Source: Chiloscyllium plagiosum
Lineage: Eukaryota
Assembly (NCBI RefSeq): GCF_004010195.1
Contig: NC_057719.1
Span: forward strand, 55,434,785-55,498,784
Direction of reading: 5' to 3'
Length of the DNA stretch: 64,000 bases
Below, one piece after another: positions 49,821 to 62,260 of the stretch (positions are counted from its first letter, which is position 1; every line of letters starts with the position of its first letter). The notes beneath the pieces are model-generated. The model was given only the letters and a program-made list of their open reading frames with translations. It was not told where the DNA came from and ran no database searches. A program made the translations under genes and the position numbers.

Positions 49821-50759
49821 TGAGTTCAAGAAGGCAGTTCACCACCACCTTCTCATGGGTAATTAGGGAAGTGATGCCCACGCCCCACAAATGAATTAAA
49901 AATAACCTTTTCTTCCATCTGACATAACCCTGGAGGGTTAAATAAGCACAGATGTTCTGCACTTGTGCAAGATCAATGTCAATTTATTTACAGCCTACAG
50001 TGTCCAGAATATGAACATCATGATGAAGTAAAAAGACCCTGGTGTTATTGCACATAGTTCCCTTCAAGTTCACCAGTACTGTGGAGCACTCATGTAAGCA
50101 AATGTTATATTTTATATAGAATATACCAGAATATAAAAACATGTATTTGATAAGATTTACAGGATAAATCAATTTGATTAATCAATCAAAAAGCAACTCA
50201 CTTTGCCCTTGCACAACACATTTTTAAGATTCACTCACAATAATGCATTAGTTCCCAGATATCATATTAAGAGAACTAAAATAATGAAAATATTTAACAG
50301 CATTCATGTGCACAGATGCTTTAAATTATATTTAAGGTAATTATTAGGTTTCAGATTGCACTTTAAAGCAAGGTAGATAGGTTAAAGATCAGAATAATAG
50401 GAGAAAATAATATGAATCATAAGGGAATGTGAATAGAGTTACGAAGATAAACAAAAAAAACAACAGACACAAAAAATAGAACGGTGAGCAATGCATAAAG
50501 TAGAGGTCAATAAATTTCAGAAATATGTTCTATTGAAGATAAGATATACTTCAGGAGAATGAGATTTCATGAACAAATGAGTTGAGATAAAATTACATTT
50601 AATAGCCATTCATGATGTAAAAAAATAATAATGGCAAGGAGAGCAAAAAATAATTAAGAAGTGAAAGAAAAAAAATGAAATTAAAATATCAAAGACTATA
50701 AAAAGTAACAGTAAGTACCTTAGAGATACACAAATGATAAAAGGAAAATATAGAAATGG

Positions 50760-51700
50760 AGCTAAGGACTGAACAAGATAAACTCAAAGGAGATTATGTT
50801 AAAGTGGCGAGAATATTGGATAAATTTTGTTTCAGCTTTCTCGAAAAAGGCTAACAAAGAGCTCTCCTTGAGTTCCAGAGGGACTTTACAGCAATTCAGA
50901 TTTTAAAAAAGGAGCTATTCAATAAACTGGCCAGTTAAAGAGGTCAAACTTAAGGACAAATTATTGTCTTCAGATAGATTTCATAGTCAAATAAAATAGG
51001 GAGGACACAGTAGTCACGCTAGATTTCACAAGAATATTCAGTATAGAATAGTAAAGGGCCAGAACACTTGCAGATAACACATGTAATTTTTATTTTCTTT
51101 AAAAACAGGAAATGGATCTAAGCCTGTTGACAATAGAAATTTACATTAATGTCAATGATAGGAAAAATAGAATATTTGCTAAACATTGTGATAAAGCAGC
51201 GAAGACAAAACATATGGTATAAAACAGCCCTCAGTATAGACTTTTAAGAGGAATGTTCTATTTAGCCAACCCTACTAAATTCTCCAAAGGAGTAACAGAA
51301 AGCATACACAAAGATAATGTAGTAGATGTGGTATATATGTGCTCATAGAAATTCCTGGATAATGTCATAATGTAATGAAAAATGTCCAGGTGTTTGGAAT
51401 CAAGGATGAAATGTCTGAATTAATTCTAATGTAGTTCCAAAACAGAAAATAGAAGGACAAATTAAGGAAAGTTTCACAGACAGGAGAGTAGTATCTGCGA
51501 GGGTATAAGTTGTAACCACTCTTGTTCTATATGCATAAAAGATAAGGATTCAGGAATCGAAAGAATAGTGTTAACGCTGATAGATACTACTAATGTATGA
51601 GAGTTAAGTGAGGGCAATGCTAAAATTCCAGACATTCCAAACATCTGGTAAAATGGTAGATGAATAGCAAACAAAATGGTGGTCAGAAAGAAAGTTGTAA
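50760..51700 (+). mobile_element. Very old, degraded CR1-like RT remnant
   Basis: A-rich strand; ...NPTKFSKGVTESIHKDNVVDVVYM resembles [19 protein letters not shown]. Confidence 0.55.
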
Positions 51701-53032
51701 AAAAATGCCTAAACCTCACCTTGAAGAAATGGAAAAGAAAGCATCAAAGACAGCAAACCAAGGTGGTTGGTGTGAATGCAGACATTAACAATATCTCAGT
51801 AATTTAGGATTAAAACAGAAAAACACACAAAAGAAAGAGTGTTTGACTGCTGCATTTCTACCAACAACTGGATGTGAAAGCTTCAGAGTAAAATAAGAAC
51901 CTTTAGGATTTGCTTACAATGTTAAATTAATGATCTCAAAGATGCAAATAATCAAATTACACTTTTTAAAATGGTGTCTAACTAGTTTATTCAAACATTG
52001 AAGGGCTGTTAGGAAGTTACTTTATGTTACAATCCCAATAAGAGTCATAATTTCTAGGCAACGCTTACATCCAGCACTGACAACACAGGAGGAGCCCATT
52101 GAATAATATTTGAAGCAGTTCAGCCAGGTTTTATTGGTGGTGTACAATTGTAATCTCTGGATCTAAAACTTCTATACATTAAAGCAATTCCAATTTGCTT
52201 TGGTTTGTGACTGTCTTTTAAATCATTGGAACATGCATAGGCTATTCAACCCTCGGAATCTGATCCATCAAGTATTTTAGTCATAGCGGCTTATTTATCT
52301 TTATTCCATTCTCCCACATTTTCTAAATATCTGCTGTGTTGTATACACATGATGACATCATTGCAAGAAAGTATGTGACCTGTAGATATTAAGATCGCAT
52401 CTTCTATTTAGCTCAGATCACTTGAAGCATGACATGATATTGAAATCCTGCTGCTGTGATTTATCTAGTAGGATAATGTTAACTTGAACAATTGCCCACC
52501 TATAAATGTAATATCAGTACATAAGTGTTAGCTGTAATAACTGTTTGTTGGATTCTTCAATATCATGATATCGACACCAAGGTTATGTTACGAGAGCCAA
52601 CATAGTCACTGCTGCATCAATAAAACGCCCTGCGAGAGGAAAATTCATACCATTGTAACAGTGGTGGTGGTCCATAAAATATTCCAACATCTTAGTAGCA
52701 GACATTTGAAAAACGAATTGTTGACCAGACAGAAAACCAAGCAGTCCCTGCACAACCAAGAATTTGAGCAAAGGAATAATTTCTCATCTTTTTGACAGCT
52801 GCTTTTGAGAGTTCAGACAACTACATATTACTATAGATAGGGCATTGACATGCAAGAAACATACTCAATTCCTCTTCATTGGAATGGAAGTTTTTTCAAG
52901 GTATAAGACATTTCTAAGAGGGTCTTACTTTAAGTAAAAACAGCTAGAATACAAATTCAACAAATGCTAAAGGATACAGACCTATACTAATGCACAATGA
53001 GTACTGCATCCTATAGTACCCTATCCTACATT

Positions 53033-53520
53033 AGGAGAAAGTGAGGACTACAGATGCTGGAGAACACAGTCAAAACGTGTGGTGTTGGAAAAGCACAGCC
53101 ATTCAGGAAGCACCTGACGAGCAGGAGAGTCAAAGTTTCGAGCGTAGACTCTTCTTCAGGAATGCAGGGGAGGTCCAAGGGGGCTGAGAGATAAATGGGA
53201 AGCGGTGAGGCTGGGGCAAAGGTAGCTAGGAATGCGATGAGTAGATGAAGATAGGGGGTAATGGTGATAGGTCAGACAGGAGGTGGTGCAGATAGGTGGG
53301 AAGAAAGATGGATAAGTAGGACAGTTCAAGAGAGTAGTGCCGAGTTGGAGGGTTGGATCTGGGATAAGGGAGGGGAAATAAGGAAACTGGTGAAATCAAC
53401 ATTGATCCCATGTGATTGAAGGGTCCCAAGGCGGAATATGAGACACTCTTCCTCCAGGCTTTGGGTGGCTAGAATCTGGTGGTGGAGGAGGCCCAGGACT
53501 TGCATGGCCTTGGAGGACAT
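53033..53520 (-). mobile_element. Penelope-like family A (older subfamily)
   Basis: MQVLGLLHHQ..ATQSLEEECLIFRLGTLQSHGIN; hammerhead variant CUGAAGA-A-GAGU(CUAC)GCUC-GAAAC at about 53130-53160. Confidence 0.85.
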
Positions 53521-53522
53521 GT

Positions 53523-54345
53523 AGTCATAGAGTCATAGAGATGTACAGCACAGAATCAGACACTTCGGTCCAACTTGACCATGCCGACCAGATATCCCAA
53601 CCCAATCCGGTCCCACCTGCCAGCACCCGGTCTATATCCCATCAAACCCTTCCTATTCATATACCCATCCAGATGCCTTTTAAATGTTACAATTGTACCA
53701 GCCTCCACCACATCCTCTGGCAGATCATTCCATACATGTACCACCCTCTGCATGAAAATGTTGCCCCTTAGGTCTCTTTTATGAAATTCCCCTCTCACCC
53801 TAAACCTACGCCCTCTAGTTCTGGACTCCCCCACCACAGGGAAAAGACCTTGTCTATTTATTCTATCCATGCCCGTCATGATTTTATAAACTTTTATAAG
53901 GTCATCCCTCAGCCTCCGATGCTCCAGGGAAAACAGCCTTAGCCTTTTAAACCTCTCCGTATAGCTCAAATCCTCCAACCCTGGCAACATCCCTTTTGAG
54001 TTTCACAACATCTTTCTGATAGGAAGGAGACCAGAATTGCACATAAGATTCCAACAGTGGCCTAACCAATGTCCTGTACAGCCGCCACATGACCTCCCAA
54101 ATCCTGTACTCAATTCTCTGACCAATAGAGGAAAGCATACCAAAAGTCTTTTCCACTATCCTAAGAATCTGTGACTCCACTTTCAAGTAGCTATGAACCT
54201 GCACTCCAAGGTCGCTTTTTTCAGCAACAACCCTCCATCACCACGCTCTGTCTTCTACCTTCGAGCCAGTTCTGTATCCAAATGGCTAGTTCTCCCTGTA
54301 TTCCATGAGATCTAACCTTGCTAATCAGTCTCCCATGGGGAACCT
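53523..54345 (-). mobile_element. CR1 family 1, 5'-truncated with internal deletion
   Basis: ORFs 53556-53990 and 53947-54204 (RT C-terminus); tail AGTCATAGAGTCATAGAG. Confidence 0.9.
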
Positions 54346-54682
54346 GACATGCTTACCCTACATTACACCACCATACCCTACCTTATTCTACCCCTACCCC
54401 TACCTACCTACCCACCCTTCCACTTCCCTTTCTCTGTCTTAAAAAAAAACAAGCAAATGAAGCTGCTGATCCAATTTAAAAGTGAGACAGTTTTAAATGG
54501 CCCTTAATGCACAACAGCAAAATATTCCTAAAAGAAAGCACAGCTTAAAAACACCCAAAAGGTGCTTTTTTACATTTCAATGGTTTACCTGCATCCACAC
54601 GTCAGTCAATTCCAGCACTTTCTTTTTCCCAATGAGCACATAAATTAAAGAAACCTATGATATTATCACTCCTCTTTTGATG

Positions 54683-54718
54683 GCAGTGCCACCTACAGGC
54701 AGAAACCTGCTACTACAA
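54683..54718 (-). promoter_or_regulatory. Candidate CTCF site with upstream motif
   Basis: Minus strand TGTAGTAGC-AGGTTT-CTGCCTGTAGGTGGCACTG: core CC..YAGRKGGCRC plus a TGCAGTACC-like upstream motif at 6-bp spacing. Confidence 0.5.
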
Positions 54719-54736
54719 GCTATTGATTCTAGATGG

Positions 54737-54885
54737 TTAAAAATCACACAACACCAGGTTATAGTCCGACAGGTTTAACTGGAAGCACAATTGTGCTTCC
54801 AATTAAACCTGTTGGACTATAATCTGGTGTTGTATGATTTTTAACTTTGTACACACCAGTCCAACACCAGCATCTCCAAATCATG
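54737..54885 (+). mobile_element. Penelope-like family B fold-back insertion (about 55-bp arms)
   Basis: Arms 54736-54790 and 54791-54845 with 4 mismatches; TSD GATTCTAGATGG at 54725-54736 and 54886-54897. Confidence 0.9.
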
Positions 54886-55789
54886 GATTCTAGATGGAGC
54901 AGTGAAGGCACCAAGTCCAGTACAGCAGCAGACCAGAGGAAGAAGATTGAATTAACACTGACACAAAGTCAGGAACACACAGCTTGAAGTAGTAAAGTCC
55001 AACATTTTTAAAGCAGAATCCTGGCTAATAGAAACTTCATGATGCATTCAGCAGCATCCACTGACACCTTTACTGAATTACGAATGTGTAAACATATTTT
55101 ACAGATCAAGAGATCGATGATATCAAGAAAGAGCTCCAAACGTTTTGCTTGCATTAGAAAGCAAGAGCTTCACATTACATGTGTATTGAGTCTTTACATA
55201 CATGATTAGAAATATCCAGAAAAGGCACGGAAAGTTATTAAGTCCAGCTCCAGGAAAGAATTACCTTCGGAATTAACAGACCCAATTCACGTGATATAAG
55301 CAGCAACCCCGAAAGTTAATTGAACAGTTTGTCAGAGAATACTGAGCAAAACAAATAAATGTGACTCTTCCAAACGGCAGCTGTCAGACAGGCTCATTGA
55401 CTCAACATCAATTAAAACCCTTGAGAAGGATCTTTGGGTGAGGAAAAGGGCCTTGCCATTTACACATTATGTGAGGATGGGCATACGTGTAAAACAATGG
55501 TGATAGGCCAAAAGCAAGTCTGCATTATCATTATGACCAGCAAATTGTGCCAAACCATCATCATCCATCAGTGCAGGTGCAGTTTGTTACACCTACCAAA
55601 AAATGCTGTCACACTTTTCCTTATATACGTAAAGCTTGTTACACCAAATGACATTGGGCAAACGTGTCTGAGAAATCTGGTTCCAATCAAAAGCTTATAA
55701 ATGAACAGAGTGTGGTCTTCAATACAGAAAGCCAAGTAATAGAGCTCAATTTTTTTCTATGTGCGTAGGCACTTGTGGATTTTTTACTT

Positions 55790-56160
55790 ACTCTTAGGAG
55801 ATGGGCATTATTGGAAAGGCCAGTATTTATTGCCTATTACAGATTTACTAATTATCTTTAGAAGCTGGCAATGATCTGCTGTCCTCAATTGCTGTAGTCT
55901 TGGAGATATAGAGATGTCCATCGTGCTGTCTGGGAGTGAGTTCTGAGTTTTTTTGATACTAAAGGAATGGTAATATTGTTTTAAACCAGGAAGGTGTGTG
56001 GCTTGGAGGGGGATGTGCAGGTGGTAATGTTCTCATGTATCTGCTGCCCTTCTCCTTCGACCTGTTAGATGTCACAGATTTGAAAGATGCTGTCCAAGCA
56101 GCCTTACTGAGTTGTTGCAGTGCATCTTGTAGATGATACATGGTTGTCATTGTGTGTTGA
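55790..56160 (-). mobile_element. LINE 3' end (probable tail donor of the 1143-type SINE)
   Basis: GGCCAGTATTTATTGCC tail; TGCAGTGCATCTTGTAGATG is the reverse complement of CATCTACAAGATGCACTGCA (IYKMHC). Confidence 0.6.
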
Positions 56161-56559
56161 TGTTGGAGAGCATGATAATGGATGATGTTAGAGAGTGGCA
56201 ATCACAATTGCTTTATTCTCAATTTTGTTGAGCTTCTTAAGTATGAGATGAGGGTAGAAAGAGGGCAGAGAGATTGGGAGAGCAATAGGTTTTACAAGTT
56301 GAGGCATGGTGAGGCATGGGGAATGTGTGGAGAAGACGGTTGTGAAGAGCGGGTACTGGAGGAATGTTTTCTATTTATCATCTTTTGGAAAGATAAAGTA
56401 ACTATTTCAATCTTATCCTGTAACACCTTAGGGAGAGGTAAGACAATCTTTGTGTTTGTAAAAAATATGCCTGTATGCAAAATTGCACAAACTCATTGGA
56501 ACCTGTAAAGTTGTCAATAAACTTTCATAAAAAGAGCAGGTATAAAAAAATCATTAATA

Positions 56560-56872
56560 GGGTTCAGTGGTTAGCACTGCTGCCTCACAGAGCCAGGGAC
56601 CCGAGTACAATTCCAGCCTTGAGCGACTGTCTGTGTAGAGTTTGCACGTTCTCTCCGTGTCTGCATGGGTTTTCTTTAGGTGCTCCAGTTTCCTCCCACA
56701 ATCCAAAGATGTACAGGTCAGGTGAATTGGTCAAGCTAAATTGCCAATAGTGTTAGGTGCATTAGTCAGGGTAAATGTGGAGAATGGATCTGGTAGGGTT
56801 ACTCTTTGGAGGGTCGGTGTGGATTTGTTGGGCCAAAGGGCCTGTTTCCAAACTGGAGGGAAACTAATCTAT
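56560..56872 (+). mobile_element. HE1/V-SINE-like SINE
   Basis: CAGTGGTTAGCACTGCTGCCTCACAG...GGGCCAAAGGGCCTGTTTCC. Confidence 0.85.
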
Positions 56873-57540
56873 AAAAAAAACGGTGTTTGAGAGTGTTTGG
56901 CTACATAAAGCCATAATAGGAATTGTGAACAACTGATCCACCAAACTATCATTTTCATAATTGGATGTTTAGTGATGGACACCCAAACTGCTTATTGCAT
57001 GGAAATGCTTATTTATTTAAGCTTTGTGGATACTCAAGGGAGATGTTTATTGGCGTAAGGAATAAACCACAGTGAAAAGCTTGTTTGACAAATTGAACCA
57101 GAGGAATTCTAAATCAACATTGCATCAAAACTTGAGAACATACAGCCTCTGCAGGTTCATGCTGTGAACTGAAGACTGATTGATACTTTCTTCTATTCCT
57201 GTAGTATAATTAGTTTGCCTAAAATTGCATCTTTGACAATCTATGCACCTAATATGTTGTTTCCAGAATTTTTTAAAAAGTTAACAGTTAATCTTCAAAG
57301 CAAAAGAAAATTAATGGTAGTATCAACTAAGTTTGCTCTGCACACATTCAGACTTTAAGCAATTCAATTGAATATCCCAGGCCAGTCTGTTTGATTCATT
57401 TGTTGCAATAGTCATTAGGTTTAGTCAGTATGGAGACACAGACATCTCTGTCTGTTAATTGAAATTCTGCATATCACTGTGATTCCTCCCTCCATCAGCT
57501 TCTGATGTTATTACAATTCTGAAGTTTATACCATTATAAC

Positions 57541-57820
57541 TTAGAATACCTACAGTGAGGAAACAGGCCCTTCGGCCCAACAAGTCAACACCGACCCTCC
57601 AAAGAGTATCCCATCCAGACCCATTCCCTACCCTACTATCCTATATTTACCCCTAATTATTTACTCAACCTATACATCCTTGAACACAATGAGTGTTTTT
57701 AACTTGCCAATTCACCTAACCTACACATCTTTGGATTGTGGAAGGAAACCAAGGCAGACACGGGGAAAATGTGCAAACTCCACACAGACAGTCGCCCGAG
57801 TTGGAATTGAATCCGGGCCC
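57541..57820 (-). mobile_element. HE1/V-SINE-like SINE
   Basis: GGAAACAGGCCCTTCGGCCC...GTGCAAACTCCACACAGACAGTCGCCCGAG. Confidence 0.85.
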
Positions 57821-58231
57821 TTAAAGCAAATGGAAAAGTTTAAAGCACTGTTTACACCCCAATATTTGTAACAATTTTCTGAGATGTTAGAGACTCAGCG
57901 TGGAATCTTACAGGGCTCTCAGTGACATGGGTAAAGAAGAGAATTGTGGCAGAAAAGGACAAGAGGTCCAGTGAGGAATACCTTGTTGTTGTGAGTAATT
58001 TGCTCCATCTTTTATGCTTTCACCAAGCATTGGGATGGGTTTCTCTCTCAGCAGCAACAAATTGCCAACCAAACAGGTTTATTGATTGTTAGGAAGCCTC
58101 CATGTTCAGAAGGATGGAACTGTATCTCAGAGTGGGATTCATGGGCAGCAGCCACACTTCCCCCTCATCTACAGGCATTGAATCTGACAATTGTAACCCC
58201 ACAAAACCATCATACAATGCTCCGATACATT

Positions 58232-58467
58232 TTCAAAAAGTGTGGCACTGGAAAAACACAGCAGGTCAGGCAGCATCCGAGGAGCAGGAGGATCGATGCT
58301 TTGGGCATAAGCGATTCATCAGGAAAGTGATGAACATTTCTGATGAAGGGCTTATGGCCGAAATGTCAGTTCCCCTGCTCCTCGGATGCTGCCTGACCTG
58401 CTGTGCTTTTCCAGTGCCACACTTTTCAATGCTGATCATCAGCACCTGCAATCTTCACTTTCTCCCA
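58232..58467 (+). mobile_element. Penelope-like family A fold-back with two back-to-back decayed hammerheads
   Basis: Inverted arm to about 58325, direct arm from about 58336; degenerate TSD CTC(CG/TC)ATACATT. Confidence 0.8.
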
Positions 58468-58634
58468 CTCTCATACATTGGCACAGTGCTCTGGAAGCAC
58501 AGGCTTGCATTGCAGGTCACATTGCCAACCAGAGTTGAAAGGCTGAAGCAGGGACACTTTGCATGCAGGGACAGGCGCCCAATTCACGGAGTGGATCAGG
58601 CTGCATCTTAGCACTGCTTGCTCACTCGCTCATT

Positions 58635-58950
58635 CAGAATCATAGAATCCCTACAGTGCAGAAGAGGCCATTCAATCCATCGATTCTACACTGAAAGCAT
58701 CCCACGCAGACTCACTCCCTCCTGCACATTCTTGTAACCCTGCATTTCCCATGGCTAATCCAATCGCCTACACACCCCTGAATACTATGGACAATTTATC
58801 ATGGCTAATCCACCTAATTTGCACATCTTTCGACTGTGGGAGGAAACTGGGGCAACTGATGGAAACCCACACAGATACACGGAGAACGTGCAAACTCCAT
58901 GCAGACAGTCACGAAGGCTGGATTTGTACCCAGGTCCCTGGCCCTGAGAG
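58635..58950 (-). mobile_element. HE1/V-SINE-like SINE (older)
   Basis: AGAATCATAGAATCCCTACAGTG tail; GACTGTGGGAGGAAACTGG. Confidence 0.75.
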
Positions 58951-59199
58951 GAGTAAGGCCTAAGATACTCTGAAAACCTTACAGTCAGTTGACCTAGAGA
59001 TGGAAAAGGAGGAGGAACTACAAGCAGCACAGTCATGTGCTTCATCGATAGGAATGTGTGTGAGAGCTCAGAGTCAGACTGAAATGACCAAATTCATGAC
59101 AAGTTGCTGCTGAAGCAAGCAGATTCAGGTAGCTTGAACAAGAAGAAAAACAAGTAGAAAAGGTGTCACTTTTTTTAATCGACTGACAAAATAAGCTAT

Positions 59200-59500
59200 C
59201 TCGGGACTGTGACTTGAAAGAAATTCTGGGATTTACATATTAATTATTGAAACCTGCATCCCCATTCTAAGTGAAGAAAGACTTAACAGCCATCTATGTT
59301 TGTCTAACACATCACTTCAGTTGTATGATACTTTGATCTTTTGCTTTAAATTCTGTGTCCTATGATCCTGCTCCACTACATAGCTGACAAAAGAGCAGCA
59401 CTCCAAAAGCTTGTATTTTTAAATAAACCTGTGAGTCTAAAACCTGGGGTTGTGTGATTTTTAACTTTGTCCAGGCAAGTCCAACACTGGCACCTCCACA
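59200..59500 (+). mobile_element. Penelope-like family B, older copy with decayed hammerhead
   Basis: CTGACAAAAGAGCAGCACTCCAAAAGCTTGT...TTGTGTGATTTTTAACTTTGT. Confidence 0.7.
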
Positions 59501-59604
59501 AGGAGAAAAAAATTCAGGGTGAATCCCTCACTGTAAAAGACAGTACTGAAAATAAACATTCCCAGAAGAGAAAGGAAAATGACAGAAGATAAGAATCAAG
59601 AGGC

Positions 59605-62260
59605 AAGGGTTCACATTTTTGGATCATTGGAATCTCTTTTGGGGTAGAGGTAACCTATACAAGAAGGACGGATTGCACCTAATTTGGTAGGGGACTAAAA
59701 TACTGGGAGGGAGATTTGCTCGAGCTTATTGGATCACCTTATTGGAATTGTATTACAGACCCTCTCATAGTCAGAGGGTAATTGAGAAACACATTTGTAA
59801 GGAGATCTCAGCTATTTGTAAGAATAATAGGGTGGTTATGGGAGGGGATTTTAACTTTCCAAACATAGATTGGAACTGCCATAGTGTTAAGGGTTTAGAT
59901 GGAGAGGAATTTGTTAAGTGTATACAAGACAATTTTCTGATTCAGTATGTGGATGTACCTACTAGAGAAGGTGCAAAACTAGACCTACTCTTGGGAAATA
60001 AGGCAGGGCAGGTGACTGAGGTGTCAGTGGGGGAGCACTTTGGGGCCAGCAACCATAATTCTATTAGATTTAAAATAGTGTTGGAAAGTGATAGACCAGA
60101 TTAAAAGTTGAAGTTCTAAGTTGGAGAAAGGCCAATTTTGACAGTATTAGGCAAGAACTTTCAAAAGTTGATTGGGGGCAGATGTTCACAGGTAAAAGGA
60201 ACAGCTGGAAAATGGGAAGCCTTCAGAAATGAGATAACGAGAATCCAGAGAAAGTATATTCCTGTTAGGGTGAAAGGAAAGACTGGTAGGTATAGAGAAT
60301 GCTGGATGACCAAAAAAATTGAGGGTTTGGTTAAGAAAAAGAAGGAAGCATATGTCAGGTATAGACAGGAGAGATCGAGTGAATCCTTAGAAGAGTACAA
60401 AGGCACTAGGAGTATACCTAAGAAGGAATTCAGGAGGGAATAAAAGGAACATGAGATGGCTTTGGCAAATAGAGTGAAGGAGAATCCAAAGGGTTTTTAC
60501 AAATACATTAAGAACAAAATGAGTATTTTGCACCAGTATTTTATGGACGATATAGAAAATAGGGAAATAGATGGTGACACCTTGCAAAATGTCCTGATTA
60601 CAGAGGAGGAAGTGCTAGAAAATAGGGAAATAGATGGTGACGCCTTGCAAAATGTCCTGATTACAGAGGAGGTAGTGCTGGATGTCTTGAAATGCATAAA
60701 GGTGGATAAATCCCCAGGACCTGATTAGGTGTACCCTAGAACTCTGTGGGAAGCTAGAGAAGTGATTGCTGAGCCTCTTGATGAGATATTTGTTGATAGT
60801 CACAGGTGAGGTGCCGGAAGACTAGAGGTTGGCTAACGTGGTGCCACTGTTTAAGAAAAGGTGGTAAGGACAAGCCAGGGAACTATAGACCAGTGAGCCT
60901 GATGTCGGAGGTGGACAAGTTGTTGGAGGGAATCCTGAGGAACAGGATTTACATTTATTTGGAAAGGCAAGGACTGATTAGGGATAGTCAACATGGCTTT
61001 GTGCATGGGAAATCATGTCTCACAAACTTTTTTGAAGAAGTAACAAAGAGGATTTTTGAGGGCAAAGCAGTAGACATGATCAATATGGACTTCAGTAAGG
61101 CATTTGACAAGGTTCCCCATGGGAGACTGGTTAGCAAGGTTAAATCTCATGGAATACAGGGAGAACTAGCCATTTGGATACAGAACTAACTCAAAGGCAG
61201 AAGACAGAAAGTGGTGGTGGAGAGTTGTTTTTCAGATTGGAGGCCTCTGACCAGTGGAGTGCCACAAGGATCGGTCCTAGTCCACTACTTTTTGTTATTT
61301 ACATAAATGATTTGGATGTGAGCTTAGGAGGTATAGTTAGTAAGTTTGCAGATGACCCCAAAATTGGAGGTGTAGTGGACAGTGAAGAAGGTTACCTCAG
61401 ATTACGATAGGATCTTGATCAGATGTGGCAATGGGCTGAGAAGTGGCAGATGGAGTTTAATTCAGATAAATGCGAGATGCTGCATTTTGGGAAAGCAAAT
61501 CTTAGCGGGACTTATACAAGTAATGGTAAGGCCCTAGGGAGTGTTGCTGAACAAAGAGACCTTGGAGTGCAGGTTCATAGCTCCTCAAAAATGGAGTCGC
61601 AGCTAGATATGATAGTGAAGAAGGTGTTTGGTATGCTTTCCTTTATTGGTCAGAGCATTGAGTGCAGGAATTTGGAGGTCATGTTACGGCAGGACATTGG
61701 TTAAGCCACTTTTGGAATATTGCGTGCAATTTTTGTCTCCTTCCTATCAGAAAGATGTTGTGAAACTTGAAATGGTTCAGAAAGGTATACAAGGATGTCA
61801 CCAGGGTTAGATGATTTGAGCTATAGGATTGGCTGAGCAGGCTGTGGTTATTTTCTCTGGAGCATCGGTTGCTGAGGGGTGACCTTATAGAGGCTTACAA
61901 AATCATAAGGGGCATGGATAAGATAAATAGACGAAGTCTTTTCCCTGGGGTGGAGGAGTCCAGAACTCGAGGCATAGATTTAGGGTAAGAGGGAAAAGAT
62001 ATAAAAGACACCTAAGGGGCAACTTTTTCACGCAAAGATAGGTGCATGTGTGTAATGGTCTGCCAAAGGAAGTGGAGGAGGCTGGTACAATTGCAACATT
62101 TAAAAGGCATCTGGATGGGTATATGAATAGGAAGGGTTTGGAGGGATATGGGCCGGGTGCTGGCAGGTGGTACTAGATTGGGTTGGGATATCTGGTCAGT
62201 ATGGGCAGGTTGGACCGAAGGGTCTGTTTCCATGCTGTACATCTCTATGACTCTATGACT
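59605..62260 (+). mobile_element. Long CR1 family 1 LINE (ORF1 end, APE, RT), disabled
   Basis: KKDGLHL; YYRPS; GDFNFP; DFSKAFDKVPH; SKFADDPK; (CTCTATGA)n tail. Confidence 0.92.
60553..60678 (+). repeat. 63-bp tandem duplication inside CR1 ORF2
   Basis: TAGAAAATAGGGAAATAGATGGTGAC...GAGGAAGTGC occurs twice, in frame (ENREIDGD.LQNVLITEE.VL). Confidence 0.95.

Noticed and set aside
52337-52602. Solo LTR (TGTTG...CAACA)
   Set aside because: Terminal inverted 5-mer is present but the flanks show no TSD and there is no second copy in the window
55105-55160. Plus-strand exon DQEIDDIKKELQTF
   Set aside because: Short, no good donor, stop follows; compatible with chance
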